Positions 11,919 through 25,310 of a stretch of 64,000 nt of DNA are shown one piece after another (position 1 is the first letter of the stretch; the number at the start of each line of letters is the position of its first letter). The translations under genes were made by a program, and so were the position numbers. The stretch is taken from positions 4,154,001 through 4,218,000 of the forward strand of contig CP110439.1 in assembly GCA_026914245.1 (NCBI GenBank), in the 5' to 3' direction. The stretch is from Puccinia triticina (lineage: Eukaryota). The notes below the pieces were generated by a model that worked only from the letters and a program-made list of their open reading frames with translations, had not been told where the DNA came from and searched no databases.

Positions 11919-14098
11919 GTCGAGCCTGGCTGGTCGCCATTCGGCCGACATACGCTTTCCGGAGTGCGTAAGAGTTGTGACATAAATTTTCACCAATTGG
12001 TGATGCGTTTTTTGATTGGTCTTTGATGCTATTTTTGGAGTGTAAATTTTTTGACTAGACTTGTCAAACTACCTTCAGTCGCCATAAACGAATGCAGCCG
12101 AGAGCCACCCAACAACAGCAACCAAGTACTGTTGAGGTATGTACAGAACCATCCTTGGAGTGTCTTATTCTCATTCCAGCCGAGGATCCACAGGCCACGT
12201 CACGACTCACCACACTTCATCACTCGACAGCTCGCAATGCAGAAAGCGCCCACCGGGGGCCGCGCTCCCATCCCGGCACCGCTGAGGCCGCGGCTGCCTA
12301 GCGCGCTTCGGCGCGTCCCTGAGAACCCATCTCATCCAGCCCTTGCTTGAAGGCATCTCCCTCCCTCTCCGCCCCGATCGGCTCCTTCCTCCCCCCCTTT
12401 GATCAGTCTCCCCACAGACTGAGGGTAGAAGCGCTCCAAAGTGTGGCCCCTTGAAATCGCGACGGCCCGCTGGGCGCGCGATAGCCCGCCCACACTTGCA
12501 CCCTCCGTCCCACCATTGCTGAGGCGGAACGCAGACGCACCGGCGCTGCGCCGAAGAGACGCCCCCTGCTTCAGAGCGGTGCATAGGGTGCACAAAGATA
12601 TCTCGACGCCCGCGGGCTGGATCGGTCTCCGAAACATCTGCGCGCCACACATGCGTGCAGACGTCCAGCGGAACGAACAGCATCATCCGCATTCCCAGAC
12701 GGTTCGAAAATATCCCAGAAACCACGCCGCCTGCGTCCTGGAATATGCGCCAGGATAGGTCTGCCCTGATACCACTGCAACCCGGGTGCAGAGCTGCGGA
12801 TATACATATGGCCGGAGATTGCTCCCCACAATCCTTCCCAAAGAGGCTCGAAAACAGGCGTCAAAGATTTTTTCCCAAGAGTCTCTCATAACATTTCTCG
12901 GTAGATTTTTTTGGGGGGCCACATCCGACGGTGTACTTGGCTGCCATCTGCGCTTGATGGCTGGACCCACCCGGCCCTGGTGACTGCACACTCCCGCGCC
13001 CAGAGCCAGGTCTAACTTAACACAAGTCCTCCACTTCGGAGGGCCCTGGTACAGCCTGGACTGGAGGTCGCTTCGCTCCCCCGAGGAGGAACTCAGCTAG
13101 GTTAGGGGCCAGGTCGATAGCCGCTGAGAAGCCCTCACGACTTGGGCGTTGAAGCTTGTCCATGGATCCCGTTGAAAACTCACAGACATGAATTGAAACA
13201 ATTTTGCGCGTGAATGTTGACCAACAACCGAGCTTCTATGGAGCTTCTTGTCCGCTGGCGGCAGGTCCTCAAGAAGCACGTATCTTAGAGCATGGTGGGC
13301 GGCAGCAGCTCCCGATCCTGTGATTGGTTTCGAGCTGGGACTCGGGAGGGAGCGCACCAAGACCGGGCGGCCCCACTGCGCCACCCTGCTCTCGTCCAAA
13401 CGTCCTTGACCAGATATCCCATGTCATACAGCACTTTCGTTACTTTTCATCGATGCATGAACGCGCAGGATTGTGCGTCCATCCATTCACATTATCATAT
13501 GATGCAATAGCCCGTTCATGTTGGTGACTTTTTAGCACCATTTTTTATTCCATTTAGCATTGAAAATTTTCACTTTTTTCAAGATGGTGATCTGATTCAT
13601 CTGAGTCCACTTTTTCTGATAGGTGGAAAATTTATCTAAAATTCTTGATAAAATATGATATAATTAGCATTAAAGTTGCCAACGTGAACCGGGCTAATGT
13701 AAACGGGAAAAAATGGATGGGTCCTTGATATAGTCCAACAGAGATATTTAACTGAAAATTGGTGTGTACCCTTGGCAGTATTATTTCAAAGATCCGCACT
13801 CAACATCATCACGCGCGGGGACTAAAGGTCACAAACTGATGAGATCTGATGAGATCTGATGAGATGCGACCTGGGCTGACCTGGGTTTTGAGCTTCCTTG
13901 ACGTCACAGAGAATGATGTCACCGGGTATGGACCGACGCCGCCTGAGGAATTTCCGAGAGTTTTTTTGGACATTTTTCTCGACTTCGGTTCGTCAGGAGG
14001 CGGGCGCTTCGCGCCCAGGAGTTAAGTTCGAAGACAAGATCTGGATTTCGCGCACACTCGAGTCAGATTTCAGCACGCGCGAATAAGGAGGAACTCCG

Positions 14099-15433
14099 AT
14101 GGTCGACTCAGCCAGCGACACTTCAGTCTCAGACGAGCTGCGGGAAGATCAGCGGATTTGGGCCCAAGGAGGTAAGCATCCACTGTTCTATCAAAACCAT
14201 CGGGTTTGGCTTTTAAAACCTTCGACTGACTGACTTGGGTGCGAAGATGTGGAATGCACTCCAGATTTGGTTATCAAGGGGTTTAGAAGACTGGCCGAAA
14301 AATGTGTACGAAGTGGACATCCTGATCGCACAACTATCGAACACACTCTATCCACCCGCTCCGTCGAGGAAGTCGTCTTGTTGAAGGAGACACTCTTACA
14401 CCAACTACAAGGCTACTTGCTACCCGCTTTACATGGCGAAATCGCCATCCTCTCAAACTTTCTTGCCAAGCCGCATGACTTACTGAAAGAGCCAGAAACA
14501 AAAATGAAGCTCGTCTTAAAGATCCAATCTCACATCGAACGCACGCTAGACAAAATTAAATTTTCCATTTCTTTCATCTGCCCAGACACCATGTCTCTAC
14601 GAGCACCACACCGATTCGATGACCAACACCTGAAACGATTCAAATCATATAGGCTTCGTAGCCTGAGAGTGAAAATCTTGAGGACGAAAGGGTACCTTTA
14701 TCGACTCTTTGTGGCAAGCCATATACTTCTCGCAAACTTGAAGGCCTCGCCAGACCTGATCGACCCCGATCATCCGGGGAACTGGTGGAAGGTTGAGAGT
14801 ACACTTTACGCGATCGACTTGACGATTGAATGCATAACAGGGTCTGAATTGGATGTTGCCCAACTGGATTGGCCATCATATGTAGAGGATATCGACCACG
14901 TTCTGCACAAAGTTGTTACAGTGATTAATCAATGCACCCATGAAGTTCCCAGGAAGATGTTTGTCCAGGAACCAGTCTTCCACCTTGCTAAACTAGGAAT
15001 AGGGCTCATAAAGATAGCAAGGCTATTTTTCAAGAAGTTATCAATTGACAGGAGCCTTAATGCGAGGCGGATTCCATTGCGACTTCCGTTATTCACCGAA
15101 ATGTGTTCCAAACAAATCGAATCTCTGGCACAATCTCTTCCACTAGTCGCCGCCGATATCTTGCAACTAGAAAACCTTTTCGAAACCGTCGATGTCGCTC
15201 ACGAAAACCCGTCCGGCACAGACTTTATCAAAGTGGCCACAAGTCTCAAATCTCGATTTCAAGCTCCTTTGGTCGTTCTTTTGCTTTATCTTATTCCTTC
15301 TATCTCAGATACCGATGGTTCATCAACTCAAGACTACTACAAGAACTGGTTTGTGACTTGGAATACTCAGTTCATTCTAACCACCGAGAACTTCATTGGT
15401 GCTGCGAAATCACTTGACAATAACCCTCCATAG
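14099..15433 (+). CDS. Hypothetical helical protein resembling an expanded rust-fungus family; exons 14099-14171 and 14265-15433
   Basis: GTAAGC...CTGAC...CCAG intron joins MVDSASD..AQG in frame to DLVIKGF of the 394-aa ORF; C-terminal LLYLIP..YYKNWFVTWNTQF motif recalled from rust proteins, not verified by search. Confidence 0.8.
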
Positions 15434-15614
15434 CTTTCCTTCCTCTTGTTTCTCCCTCATTCTGCATTTGCTCACCCTCTTGCCAGAAAGACAAATGAGT
15501 GTGAATCTTGATCTGCACTTACAAATTCTGTAAAACACACCCCAGGCAATTTTTAACCTGCCTTGTTAGTTTGAATTCAATGTAAAACTGGTTGAAATGT
15601 TTTGTGACTCCGAC

Positions 15615-15921
15615 CGACAATGGGCCAGCTAAGCTAAGCGTAGCATTAGCGTAACGTAGGTGAATTTAGCTAACTTTTAGTGTAGCGTGAGCGCAATTAT
15701 GCCAGATATGCGCTAATGCTACGCGCACAGGGCTTAAAAAAGCAGCCGCTACGCTGCGCTACAGCGGTTTCAGCGGTTTTTAGGCCTTTTTTGCCACTAA
15801 AGCCGCTGTAGCGTAGCGTAACACAGTGTAGCGGCGCGCTAACACTACAGAAAAAAAGGGGGCGCTGGTAGCGCCGCTACGCTAACGCTAAGTGGCCCTG
15901 TGGCGTAGCGGCCCACCGTTG
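15615..15921. mobile_element. Older MITE of the CAAC/GCTACGCTA family
   Basis: Right end TAGCGGCCCACCGTTG identical to the MITE at 3394; left end degenerate (CGACAATGGGCCAGCTA); TSD eroded. Confidence 0.7.
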
Positions 15922-16417
15922 CTGCAATTGGCTATGTTTAATCGCCAGAAATTTGCAATTATGTGGATTGTGCAAAGCTAATTTAGCTGTCAAGTTGACC
16001 ACATACGCTTTTCTGAAAATCTCTAAGTATTGATGCAATTTGATGAAGTGATTGAAGAAACAGCTTGGTGTTCATAATCAGACGAGGTGTTGTTGGAAAC
16101 TCACATCATCATCCCACTTACCTCCTTGTTCCCATAATTCATGGTTGGCTTGGCCTTCGTACTTACAAGTAGTGAATCACGATTGATTGGAAGCAACGAC
16201 ATCTCGCTCAGCTTTCTTAGCTTTCTATTGGGTTCACTGACTGAAAGTCCTCAGGAGTTGTGCAAATCGGGCCCGAAGCTACTCCCCTGGCTTGGGTTAA
16301 GGGTGGGACCCGGGGTTCGGGACGGGGCATGAGGCCTGTCCCGAAGCACAGACCCCGGACAGATCGGGGCATGCCCTGAACCCTGGGGATGGAACCAAAA
16401 AAAAATTGAGGGGAATA

Positions 16418-16773
16418 CAGTGCCCCCCACGACTTCTCTACTACCCCTCCCGCGCAAAAAACATGGAACTTTGAACGATGTGTTCACAGTCACCAGACAT
16501 GTATCATATGTAAACTACATATTTTTGAGCCCTACAGAAGTAGGAGAACTCAAAAATATATACTTGAGGTCTGTAAAATGCCTCAAAAAAAAGTTTCCTT
16601 TGTTTTGAGGCATTGTACAGACCTCAAGTATATATTTTTGAGTTATCCTACTTCTGTAGGGCTCAAAAATATGTAGTTTACATATGATACATGTCTGGTG
16701 ACTGTGAACACATCGTTCAAAGTTCCATGTTTTTTGCGCGGGAGGGGTAGTAGAGAAGTCGTGGGGGGCACTG
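16418..16773. mobile_element. Tc1/mariner-type foldback MITE (356 bp)
   Basis: TA|CAGTGCCCCCC...GGGGGGCACTG|TA; arms of about 170 bp are near-perfect inverted copies. Confidence 0.9.
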
Positions 16774-16777
16774 TATA

Positions 16778-19700
16778 CACCACGGGTGCACATAAAGTTT
16801 TCTGATGGGGTCCAAAAATAATCTACAGGTTTTTGGAAATATTTAGGGAGATTGTTGGGAGAATATATTCCCAGTCCCTTTGTAAATATTTCCTCCAATT
16901 TTTTTTTGAAATGAAATATTTCCCGCAATATCTATGCAAAAGAAAATATTTCCTTGAACTTTTTCAAAAAGTCACAGGAAATATTTTCTTTCCTCTGTAA
17001 GTTCAAGGAAATATTTCCTTGCACCTACAAAAGTCCCCAAAAATATTTTCCATGACTCTGGAAAGTTGAAATAAATATTTCCAGTAATTTTCACTCTTCA
17101 TGCTGGGATGACTGGCCCAGTTCTCTCCCACAGAGCACAACAGTTGGGTCTGATTGTGGTAAAAAACCTGCTGAAGTGCTGCAGGTTGCGCAGCTGCGAC
17201 CATCTCCTTCTGACCGGAGTTTTGAATTGTGAGCCAAGCGCTCAAAGTCCTCCCACTCCAGCAGTGCCCAAGAACTTCCATCTCCTTGCTTCTACCACCA
17301 GGTGATCTCTTTAGAGATCCGCCTTGCATCTTTCCATTCTTCCATTGGGCAGTCAACCGGCGGCTACTGGCCTGCACCCCTTGCGCTCCTCAGAAGCCAG
17401 CTACTTGCCTCCTCCTCATTCTCCATACCATCAGACACGCTGACTGTTGCTTACTTAGTAAGTCCCCCAAACACACCCACCCACCCACAGAGAGAGAGAG
17501 ATTGCTCTTGAGAAAGACGACGGGACTGATCACGCTCATCTGGCGTGGTTGCAGCGCTTGGAGGCAATCCAATTCTACGCCAGCCTGTCTCCGAAAAACA
17601 AGCGCATCTCGCAATGGTCAATCATCAACAACCAGCTCAAGTTCCTCCGCCGCCAGGAGCCCATCTACCAACAAGCGTGCGTCCCCCACCCAAACCCGCC
17701 CTCTTCTCTCTCTGTGTGTGTCTACTAACCTTGCCCTACGGTTGGGTCCGTTCTGCAGGTTTTTTGGCCTGATGGCCAAGAAAGATAGCAAGCTGTTTGG
17801 CTCTGGCCAGGCTTACTTTAGGGACTTGGAAACCAACGTTGATTGGGAGATGCCCATTGACAAGCATATCCGCCAACGCGCTGAACACCTCCACAAATCC
17901 TTCTAACCCTGCACCCAATCTAAACATATGCATATCTCATCCGCGCTTCTCTCTGTTGACTGTTGTATATAAAGTTCAATCGATATCATGCACCCTCCCT
18001 GAACACTTCACCCAGCTAATTTTCATGTCAACTGGGGGCAGGTGACGTGAAGGCATCTCCAGTTCAGTCTCCATTCCAACTCCACTCTGAAAAATGGCCC
18101 ACCACTTGTACTGCTCATTCCAATAGTATGTACTCATGTTAGCACGGCTCATTGACTCAGGCCATATTCTGCTCAGAACATGTATGTATATGTATATGTA
18201 CATACATGAATGAGCTGTGCAGTCCCCTTCTCTGGTCATCCAGATGGGCCTTCCCTCCACTCAATGGCCAGTACTCATGCTTGCAAAGACACAGGGACCT
18301 TGAGGGGGACTCGCCCTTTTAACTCTCCTCCCAAACGCGACCTCTGTGTCTGAAATTAGGGTCTCCTGGGATTGCCAGACTCACACATACGCGTGTAGTC
18401 TGACGCTTTGGTCCTCGCAAAGTGCGAGGGCCAAGAGGATCCGCTTGGCTAACCTCTCCTCCCTTACGGACACCTCTCGGCCCTTGGGATCCCTCTCAGG
18501 GGACCTCAAGCCGATGCAATGCCGTGAGGAGGGGAATTCCTAGCGGACTGGGGACCACACCTTCCCCCCGACCCCCACACAGGAGTCTTGGAGTTCGCCT
18601 CCCGGGTTCTCAGGATTCCCCTTGGCGCCGCAGTATAGCGCCAAACCTGTGAGTAGGAACAGGACGGCTCCCGCTGCAAGCTCCAGTGTAACCGCTAAGC
18701 ATGGGCGGCGAGCATGCACAGCACACCTGCCCTGCCAGAAGGCCGTCCCGCCGCGTCTAGGTCAGAATGCAAGTACACATGGCCATCCAAGTGGGCCTCC
18801 TCTGCCTGGTGGCCAGGAAAAACCGGACATCCAGTACACCCCAGACGCACAAAAAAGGTTTCCCTTCGGACGACCTTTGAAGTGGGGGGTCACATTCGAA
18901 AGTGCCAATTGAGCTCACTAGTCTCAATGACCGGTCATTAGTCTCGATGACTGGTCATTAGTTCCGATTACCGGTCATTAGTATTGATGACCGGTCATCC
19001 TACCAATGACCATTGATTAATATGGATGACCGGTCATCCTATCAATGACTGGTCATTGGGATCAATTACCAATGACCGGTCATTGCTAGGATGACAGATC
19101 ATTAGTATCAATGACTGGTCATGGGTATCAATAACCAGTCATTAGTATTGATGACCGGCCATCCTATTGATGACTGGTCATTAGTATTGATGACCGGTAA
19201 TTGATAGGATGACCGGTCATTAGTATTGATGACTGGTCATCCTATCAATGGGTTGTGGGTATTGATGACCGGTCAGTACTAGGCAATGTATGTGGCGCGC
19301 GGTGTAGTGTGCGTGGGGTGTGAGGTGCTCCCCAAGAGGGCCGAGTGTTGGGTTGGAGCAGACTTGCCACAAGTGGAGGTTGGCGAGTTGAGGGGACTCG
19401 GAAGGCATTTGGCGAATCAGGTAGCAAGTCCGTTGGACCCCAAAAACTGGCCCAACTCGCTAAATTGGGGTTGCGAGTCCCCCTTTAGCGAGTCCGTTGG
19501 AGACGATGGTGGACGCTCTCAGGCCTGAGACTGAGGGTGTAAATATGTGTTCCTGGGTATGTTCCTCAACATTTGATAGTCCTGAGCTGTGAAGTTCAGC
19601 TATGTATTAGGAAGATCAGGAGCTGAATGAGTCTTGCGCAGCGTGCAGTCTATCCAGCTGTAAATGCATACAGCAGAATGGGCGGCATAGCACAAAAGTT

Positions 19701-20402
19701 GTGCCAGAATAGCACCACAGTTTCAAGCATTGTTCCTTCATGTCAACTGCCCCCAGCTGACATGAAACTTTTCCTGGTGCTTCCGCCAACGGAACGTGTC
19801 AAGCATTGAGTCCTCCCCTTCCTTTGGGTCCATCTGCTTGGCCTACCAATTGCCCGCGCTTCTGGTGGTGGTAGCAGCCCTCCATTGTACTTTCTGCCTG
19901 ATTTTTCTTTCTTGTTGTAATCTCACCTCCCTGAAAACTGCCGCAAAATATTTTATGCAATAAATTTGGTTCTCTTGAATATCTTGTGCAACAAAATATG
20001 GATATCAGAATATTTTGCACAATAAAAAGGGTTTATCAGAATATTTTGTGCGATAAAATTTGGTTAACAAAATATTTTGCCGGATATATGGTGGGATTGG
20101 AGATATTTTCCCAAATATTTTGGATTTTTCATCAAGAATATCTTCAAAAAGATTGTAAAAACCACTCTGAGTGGTTTATGAGATATTTTCAAAATATTTT
20201 GGGGGAAATATCCCGGAGAATATTTGCTAAATTTATGCAAAATATTTCAGAAACCACTCAAAGTGGTTTCTGAGATATTCTCAAAATATCCCAAACGCGG
20301 ATGCTGTGACTCGTTCCTGGCGACATCCGTTCTGAATGAACTGGAAAACATTTCTAAGCCGGATTCAATCCGGCTTTGGAATATCTTTTTGCACCCGTGG
20401 TG
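16778..20402. mobile_element. Non-autonomous TIR element with CACCA ends (CACTA/EnSpm-like), TA flanks
   Basis: CACCACGGGTGCA / TGCACCCGTGGTG; AAATATTT-rich subterminal repeats at both ends. Confidence 0.7.
18925..19275. repeat. Degenerate array of about 19-bp units built on palindrome ATGACCGGTCAT
   Basis: Repeated GATGACCGGTCATTAGTATT-like units. Confidence 0.85.
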
Positions 20403-20929
20403 TAGTCCTTGCCGCTGGAGCCTTGGACCATATATACAGATATGGCGACTTCATAATGGAGAACTACATGATGTCAACGGACGATATTATTGAAACCTTC
20501 ACCTTGATTGCGCGTGATTTTGAAGAGAAGCACAACAACAAGTTCAAGAAAACAGATGATGCATCCAAAACTAAATCTCATTCTTTGGTTCCATCGACTA
20601 GCAGGGGCTTCTTCGCTCAAGCTCTATACCAACAACCCAATTGGCTTGAGGGAGTCTCAGCTGAAATCAACCACTACCTCAAGGAAGACATCAAGCCGCG
20701 TGAAAGGAAGACTCTTTAATACTGGTCAAATTGTCAAATAACGTTTTTGATCTTATCAAAGATGGCACACAAATACCTCTTCATTCCTGCGACCAGCGCC
20801 TTGTCAGAGAGAGTTTTCTCTAAGGGGAGGCGGGTGGTTTCCTGGCAGCAATCCTCCCTCAAGGCCGAAAGCGTGGGGCAACTTATTTGCCTCAAGGAAT
20901 GGTACCAAGCCTTTGATGGCCCATTGTAA
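20403..20929 (+). pseudogene. hAT transposase C-terminal dimerization fragment
   Basis: EINHYLKE...YW...LSKMAHKYLFIPATSALSERVFSKGRRVVSWQQSSLKAESVGQLICLKEW. Confidence 0.9.
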
Positions 20930-21164
20930 TTCCACTGTTTTTATCATTTCAGTCAGTCTGAGTCATACATACACGAGTAGAATGTGAATAAAACAAGTTT
21001 TGAGCAGAGAAAAGAGTTAAAAATTTGAAAAAAAGGTGCACCCTTGCCCCCATCCGCAGAGCCTGTCATGACCCGGGGTTCGGGGCATGACTTGAGTCCC
21101 ATCCCAATGCCCTAACCCCGGGGCATGTCCCAAAAGCCGGGGTTCGGGTCCCAGCCTTATCAAA

Positions 21165-22560
21165 ATGTAGTGGCGGTACCTGCGGAAATTAAACCTGAAT
21201 CATCTAATCAAACAGAGGAATATAAGGCTAGGCTCTGCGTTCAGGGATTTTGAGAAATTTTTGGAAAAGATTATTGGTTTACCTTTGCTCCAATGGGAAA
21301 ACTGGTCTCTCTTTGAATACTCATCTTGTTTGCTCTTCAGCATAACTTTCAGTTTCATCAGATTGATGTCAAGTGTGCCTTTCTAAATGCTCCAATAAGA
21401 GAAAGGATCACACTCAATCCGCCTCCCGGTTTTGATGTTCCACCTGGCAAAGTGCTACTTCTGAAAAAGGCACTCTATGGACTTAAGCAGGCTCCCAAAG
21501 AATGGCATTTAACTCTCTTTTCGTGGCTTTTATCTGTTGGTTTCAATCGCAGCTACGCCAAACCTTCTGTCTTTTGGTCATCTAACACTTGGTTATACCT
21601 TCATGTGGACGATATCACTATCTTTAGTCCAGAACCCAAGGTTTTCAAGAATTTAATTCGCAAACGGTTTAAAATTAAAGACCTTGGTAGCGCTAAACAT
21701 TTTCTTGGAATGAAAGTTAATCAATCCTCCGAAGCTGTTCACCTTACGCAAACGAGTTAAATGGAAGAACCTTTGACAAAATACGGCTGCAAAAATCTAG
21801 TTCCGCTTGCTACACCGATGAAGCCAAACTCACATCTTGTGAAAGCATCTGAAGCTGAAATCAAACAACTTGAAAGTCTTAACGTACGTTATCGAGGACT
21901 TGTTGGAGCGCTAAACTATTTAAGTGTCACTACTCGACCCAATATTACCTTTACTGTCGGCTGTCTATCTCAATTCCTTAAGACCCCAGGAATTCTTCAT
22001 TGGAATGCGGCGGTGCATTGTCTTTGGTATCTAAAAGGGTCAAAAGATTTTGGTATCACTCTCCAAAAAACTCCAGCCAACCAAATCGATTTTGTCTCTT
22101 ACGTAGACGCTAGTTGGGCTGGTTGTCCAGCTACCGGTAAATCAACAACTAGTTATTTAATTTTATGGAACAACAATCTGATCTCATGGCTTTCTAAGAA
22201 GCAATCCGCAATTTCTTTATCATCAACCAAATCTGAATACATTGCAATTAACGAAGTCACAAAAGAACTTCTTTGGCTCAAAATGGTGACAGAATCAGCT
22301 CTGAAAATTCAAATACCTTTACCATTCAAAATTTATGAAGACAATCAAGGCGCGATCATGCTCGCAAACAACAAAGCCAATCATTTGGCATTTAAAACTA
22401 AGCATATGAAGCTACGCTTCCATTTTGTGTGATCCAAAATTATCACGGACACAATTACTTTAATCTTCAAACAAACTCACCTTATGCTTGCCGATTTCCT
22501 TACAAAATCAATAGGCAGAGCTTCAATCTTCAAAGTTCTTCGAGCTGGTATGCTTCCTCC
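21165..22560 (+). pseudogene. Copia RT-RNase H fragment
   Basis: YKARLCVQGF, QIDVKCAFLN, KALYGLKQAP, YLHVDD, YVDASWA..KSTT, KTKHMKLRFHFV; stops. Confidence 0.92.
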
Positions 22561-22585
22561 CTAACGGTTTTGACGCATGGGGGTG

Positions 22586-23915
22586 TGTTGGAATGTGAAG
22601 GCGCTCTGAAGCGCACAGCGCGCAGTGGTACGGCTTGTGACTATGGTTCTCAATGACGTCAATGAGTGTGAAGACTTCAAATTGGAAGCAGTTGACCGCT
22701 ACTCCTCAATCCAGTTGTTGGTCATCAATTCCCTTTTCCTTTATCTTGACATCTTCCTTCCAACCGGCGACTAAGTCAAACAACATCAAATCAAAGCATG
22801 GTTGCTTGTCGAGGTCACTAGTCTAGGCGGCTCAACTCTTAGGTTTATCTTTCTTTCTTTTTATCTATCCTGTCACCAGGAAAATAAAATGGTCAGTTGA
22901 TGACAAGTGACTTTACACCAGCTCCAACCAGCTACCCACCATCTATCCAATATCTATCCACTATCTACCCCAATCTCCCAACCATCTCCTCAACTTCCAA
23001 AATTTACCAAGGAGACCCTGTTCAGTTTTAATGAGCCCAACTGATCCTCAGTTCTTTCCAGCTGATACTCAGCTTTGGTACCCAGCTCATACTCAGCTTT
23101 TCTGCCCAGCTCATACTCAGCTTTTTCACGCAGCTCACTCTCAGAATTGGAATAAAGCTGTTTGACCATTTCTTGCCCAGGTGATGCTCAGCTTTGTACT
23201 AGTCCTGGCGCAGCTGATGCTCAGCTTTTTACCAGTCCTTGCTCTGCCTTCTCCTAGTCCTGTCCCAGCTGATGCTCAGCTTTGGGCAAGTCCTGGGCCA
23301 GCTGGCCAGTTGATGCTCAGCTTGCTGAGTATCAGTTGAGCCAGGCCAGGGAAAAAGATGGGAATAAGCTTGGACAGGACCAGAGCTGAAAATCAGCTAG
23401 GCTAGGGCCAAAGCTGAGCATCAGCTGAGCCATGGACCAGGCTGAGCATCAGCTGTGCCAGGGCCAAAGATGATAATCAGGTGGCCAGTTCCAAAGCTGA
23501 GCATCAGCTGGGCCAGGGGAAAAACTGAGCATCAGCTGAGCATTAGCTGGGCCAGGGCCAAAGCTGATGATCATCTGGTTTTTTCACATTTAGTGCGTTG
23601 ATCCTGACACCTATCATGTGAGCCCCAGATGTGCTGGTGGAGAGGAGCAGCATTGGAGCAGTGTTGGAGCTGAAAACAAAGCTGCATCATGTCACTTGCC
23701 ATCAAGTGACTACTTTTTTTTCCTGGTGTGTTGACCATAATTGTCTAACTCTTTATTTCCTGTCTTAGCCCAAAAGTCCTAGTTGCATGGTGGGTTAGGT
23801 TCTATTGTGTTCTCATCTCACCCTTGTTCCTGTTTCTTTTAGGTAAAATTCTTTATAATTGTTTTCTATATTATTTCTATTTTTACTGAAATCATATTTC
23901 TTTTAGCCTCGCCTC
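22586..23915 (+). mobile_element. Copia 3' LTR interrupted by a CACTA-like insert; right boundary approximate
   Basis: PPT-like GGGGGTG followed by TGTTGG just after RNase H. Confidence 0.55.
22874..23728. mobile_element. CACTA-like non-autonomous element (855 bp), 3-bp TSD TGT
   Basis: CACCAGGAAAA / TTTTCCTGGTG ends; internal CAGCTGATGCTCAGC motifs that switch orientation mid-element. Confidence 0.85.
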
Positions 23916-23917
23916 AA

Positions 23918-24024
23918 GTACCGCCGGTACCCGCTGGCGGGTGCCGTGTCCGGGTCCGGCGGGTGTCCGATTAGAGAGAAATTGGCAGGCGGTACCCGTA
24001 CCCGGGTCCAGATGGCCATCTCTA
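23918..24024. mobile_element. Isolated hAT-like terminus
   Basis: Ends GGCCATCTCTA with GTACCCG / CGGGT subterminal motifs. Confidence 0.5.
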
Positions 24025-25310
24025 ATTTACTTGTGGTGCTGTAGAGAAGGAAAACTCTATACAACGGAGCCCTCAAAGAACTAGTTGTTGGCCCTGCCTG
24101 ACACTACGAGCCTCCAGGCGAAGGATCCCAGTACAGAAAGCGAATTCCAAGCGCAGGAGACTTCCTGGCGGCCTGCCAGGGCCTGCCCCGACGATTCAGC
24201 CTGCCAAGCCACTTTAACGCAGGGATGACGTCTCAACGATCTGTTCACTGGGAGGCGGCGGGGGATAACACGCCAGAGAATCTCAGACAGAAGCCAGGCT
24301 GCCCCCCAACACAAGGAGGCTGGGTGCGACGGGGATGGCTGTGTTTGCGCAGACACCCAGCACGCATCGTGCTCCCGAATCCACGGCCAGAGATGTGGCA
24401 AAGGGCTTCGAAAGGGACGCAGCTCATGCAAGCCGCACCATTCGGGGCCAACTGCTACATCCACATCCACGTGTGTCCTACTCACAAATTTGGCCAAACA
24501 CAACTGGCCGATCTGCAGTTTGGAGTCTGCGGCTGCTTGTCTCAGCACACCTATTGGCAAGGTGTGGGTTCAGACACCCGAGGTCCTCGATGTGAGTGCA
24601 GGCAAATCTGGTTTGCTCCGATGTGCGCTGTGTGGGAATAGGCAGACGGCCAGACATTGGTGGAAACATCTCAGCAGGAAATCAGGGGATCTTGGCTACA
24701 CTTCAAGGTCTTGTGGATCTAGTGTTTACACACTTAGAAAGGAAGTCGCCAGGTAGATGTGGATGCAGGCATCGTGCCTGGATGCTTGAATGAAGCGCTG
24801 AAACAACCGAAGCAGCTCTGTTATGAGGCGTGGCGCAGACTCACATGTCTATGACAAGAGACAAAGAGCACCCATGCACAGCGATGCGCACAGGCATATG
24901 TGCGTGGGGGTACACGGGTGCGCACGTACGGGTATATGGGCGTGGATTGATGTGTGTGTGTGTGGTGTTATGTACAATTTGATAAGCTTTGAGAACGACT
25001 CGACCATCAAGGCCACCCGGGAAACAAACGAGGAAAAAAGCGCCAAGAGGGGGCCCGTGAGCGGGGCGGGGCCGGCGCGGGGACGCCGCGCTGGCCCGGG
25101 GCCGCGGTGGCGAGCGGACGCGGACGCGGAAAAACAACAACAAGGGAAACGGGGCAGGAGGAAGGACGAGGCCGGGCGAGATTAGATTAGGGACGGAGCA
25201 AAGCGGGGCAGCGGCGATAAGATATCTATGTATACAGGGGAGACGAAAGGGTGCGAAAGCGGCGGGACGCGCACGAAAGGGTACAAAAAAAGGGGGAGGG
25301 AGACAGGGGG

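Larger units (their letters stand above)
16298..21159 (+). mobile_element. Internally deleted hAT element with TA-type ends, hosting nested elements
   Basis: TAAGGGTGGGACCCG / CGGGTCCCAGCCTTA inverted ends and shared GGGGCATG and GGGGTTCGG subterminal motifs; no TSD visible. Confidence 0.65.

Noticed and set aside
12050..13530. Many overlapping ORFs in a GC-rich block; possible Helitron or gene remnant
   Set aside because: No recognisable domain, termini or TSD; left unannotated
24081..24800. Possible Helitron (CTAG at 24081, TC start on the minus strand)
   Set aside because: No subterminal hairpin and no A|T insertion site
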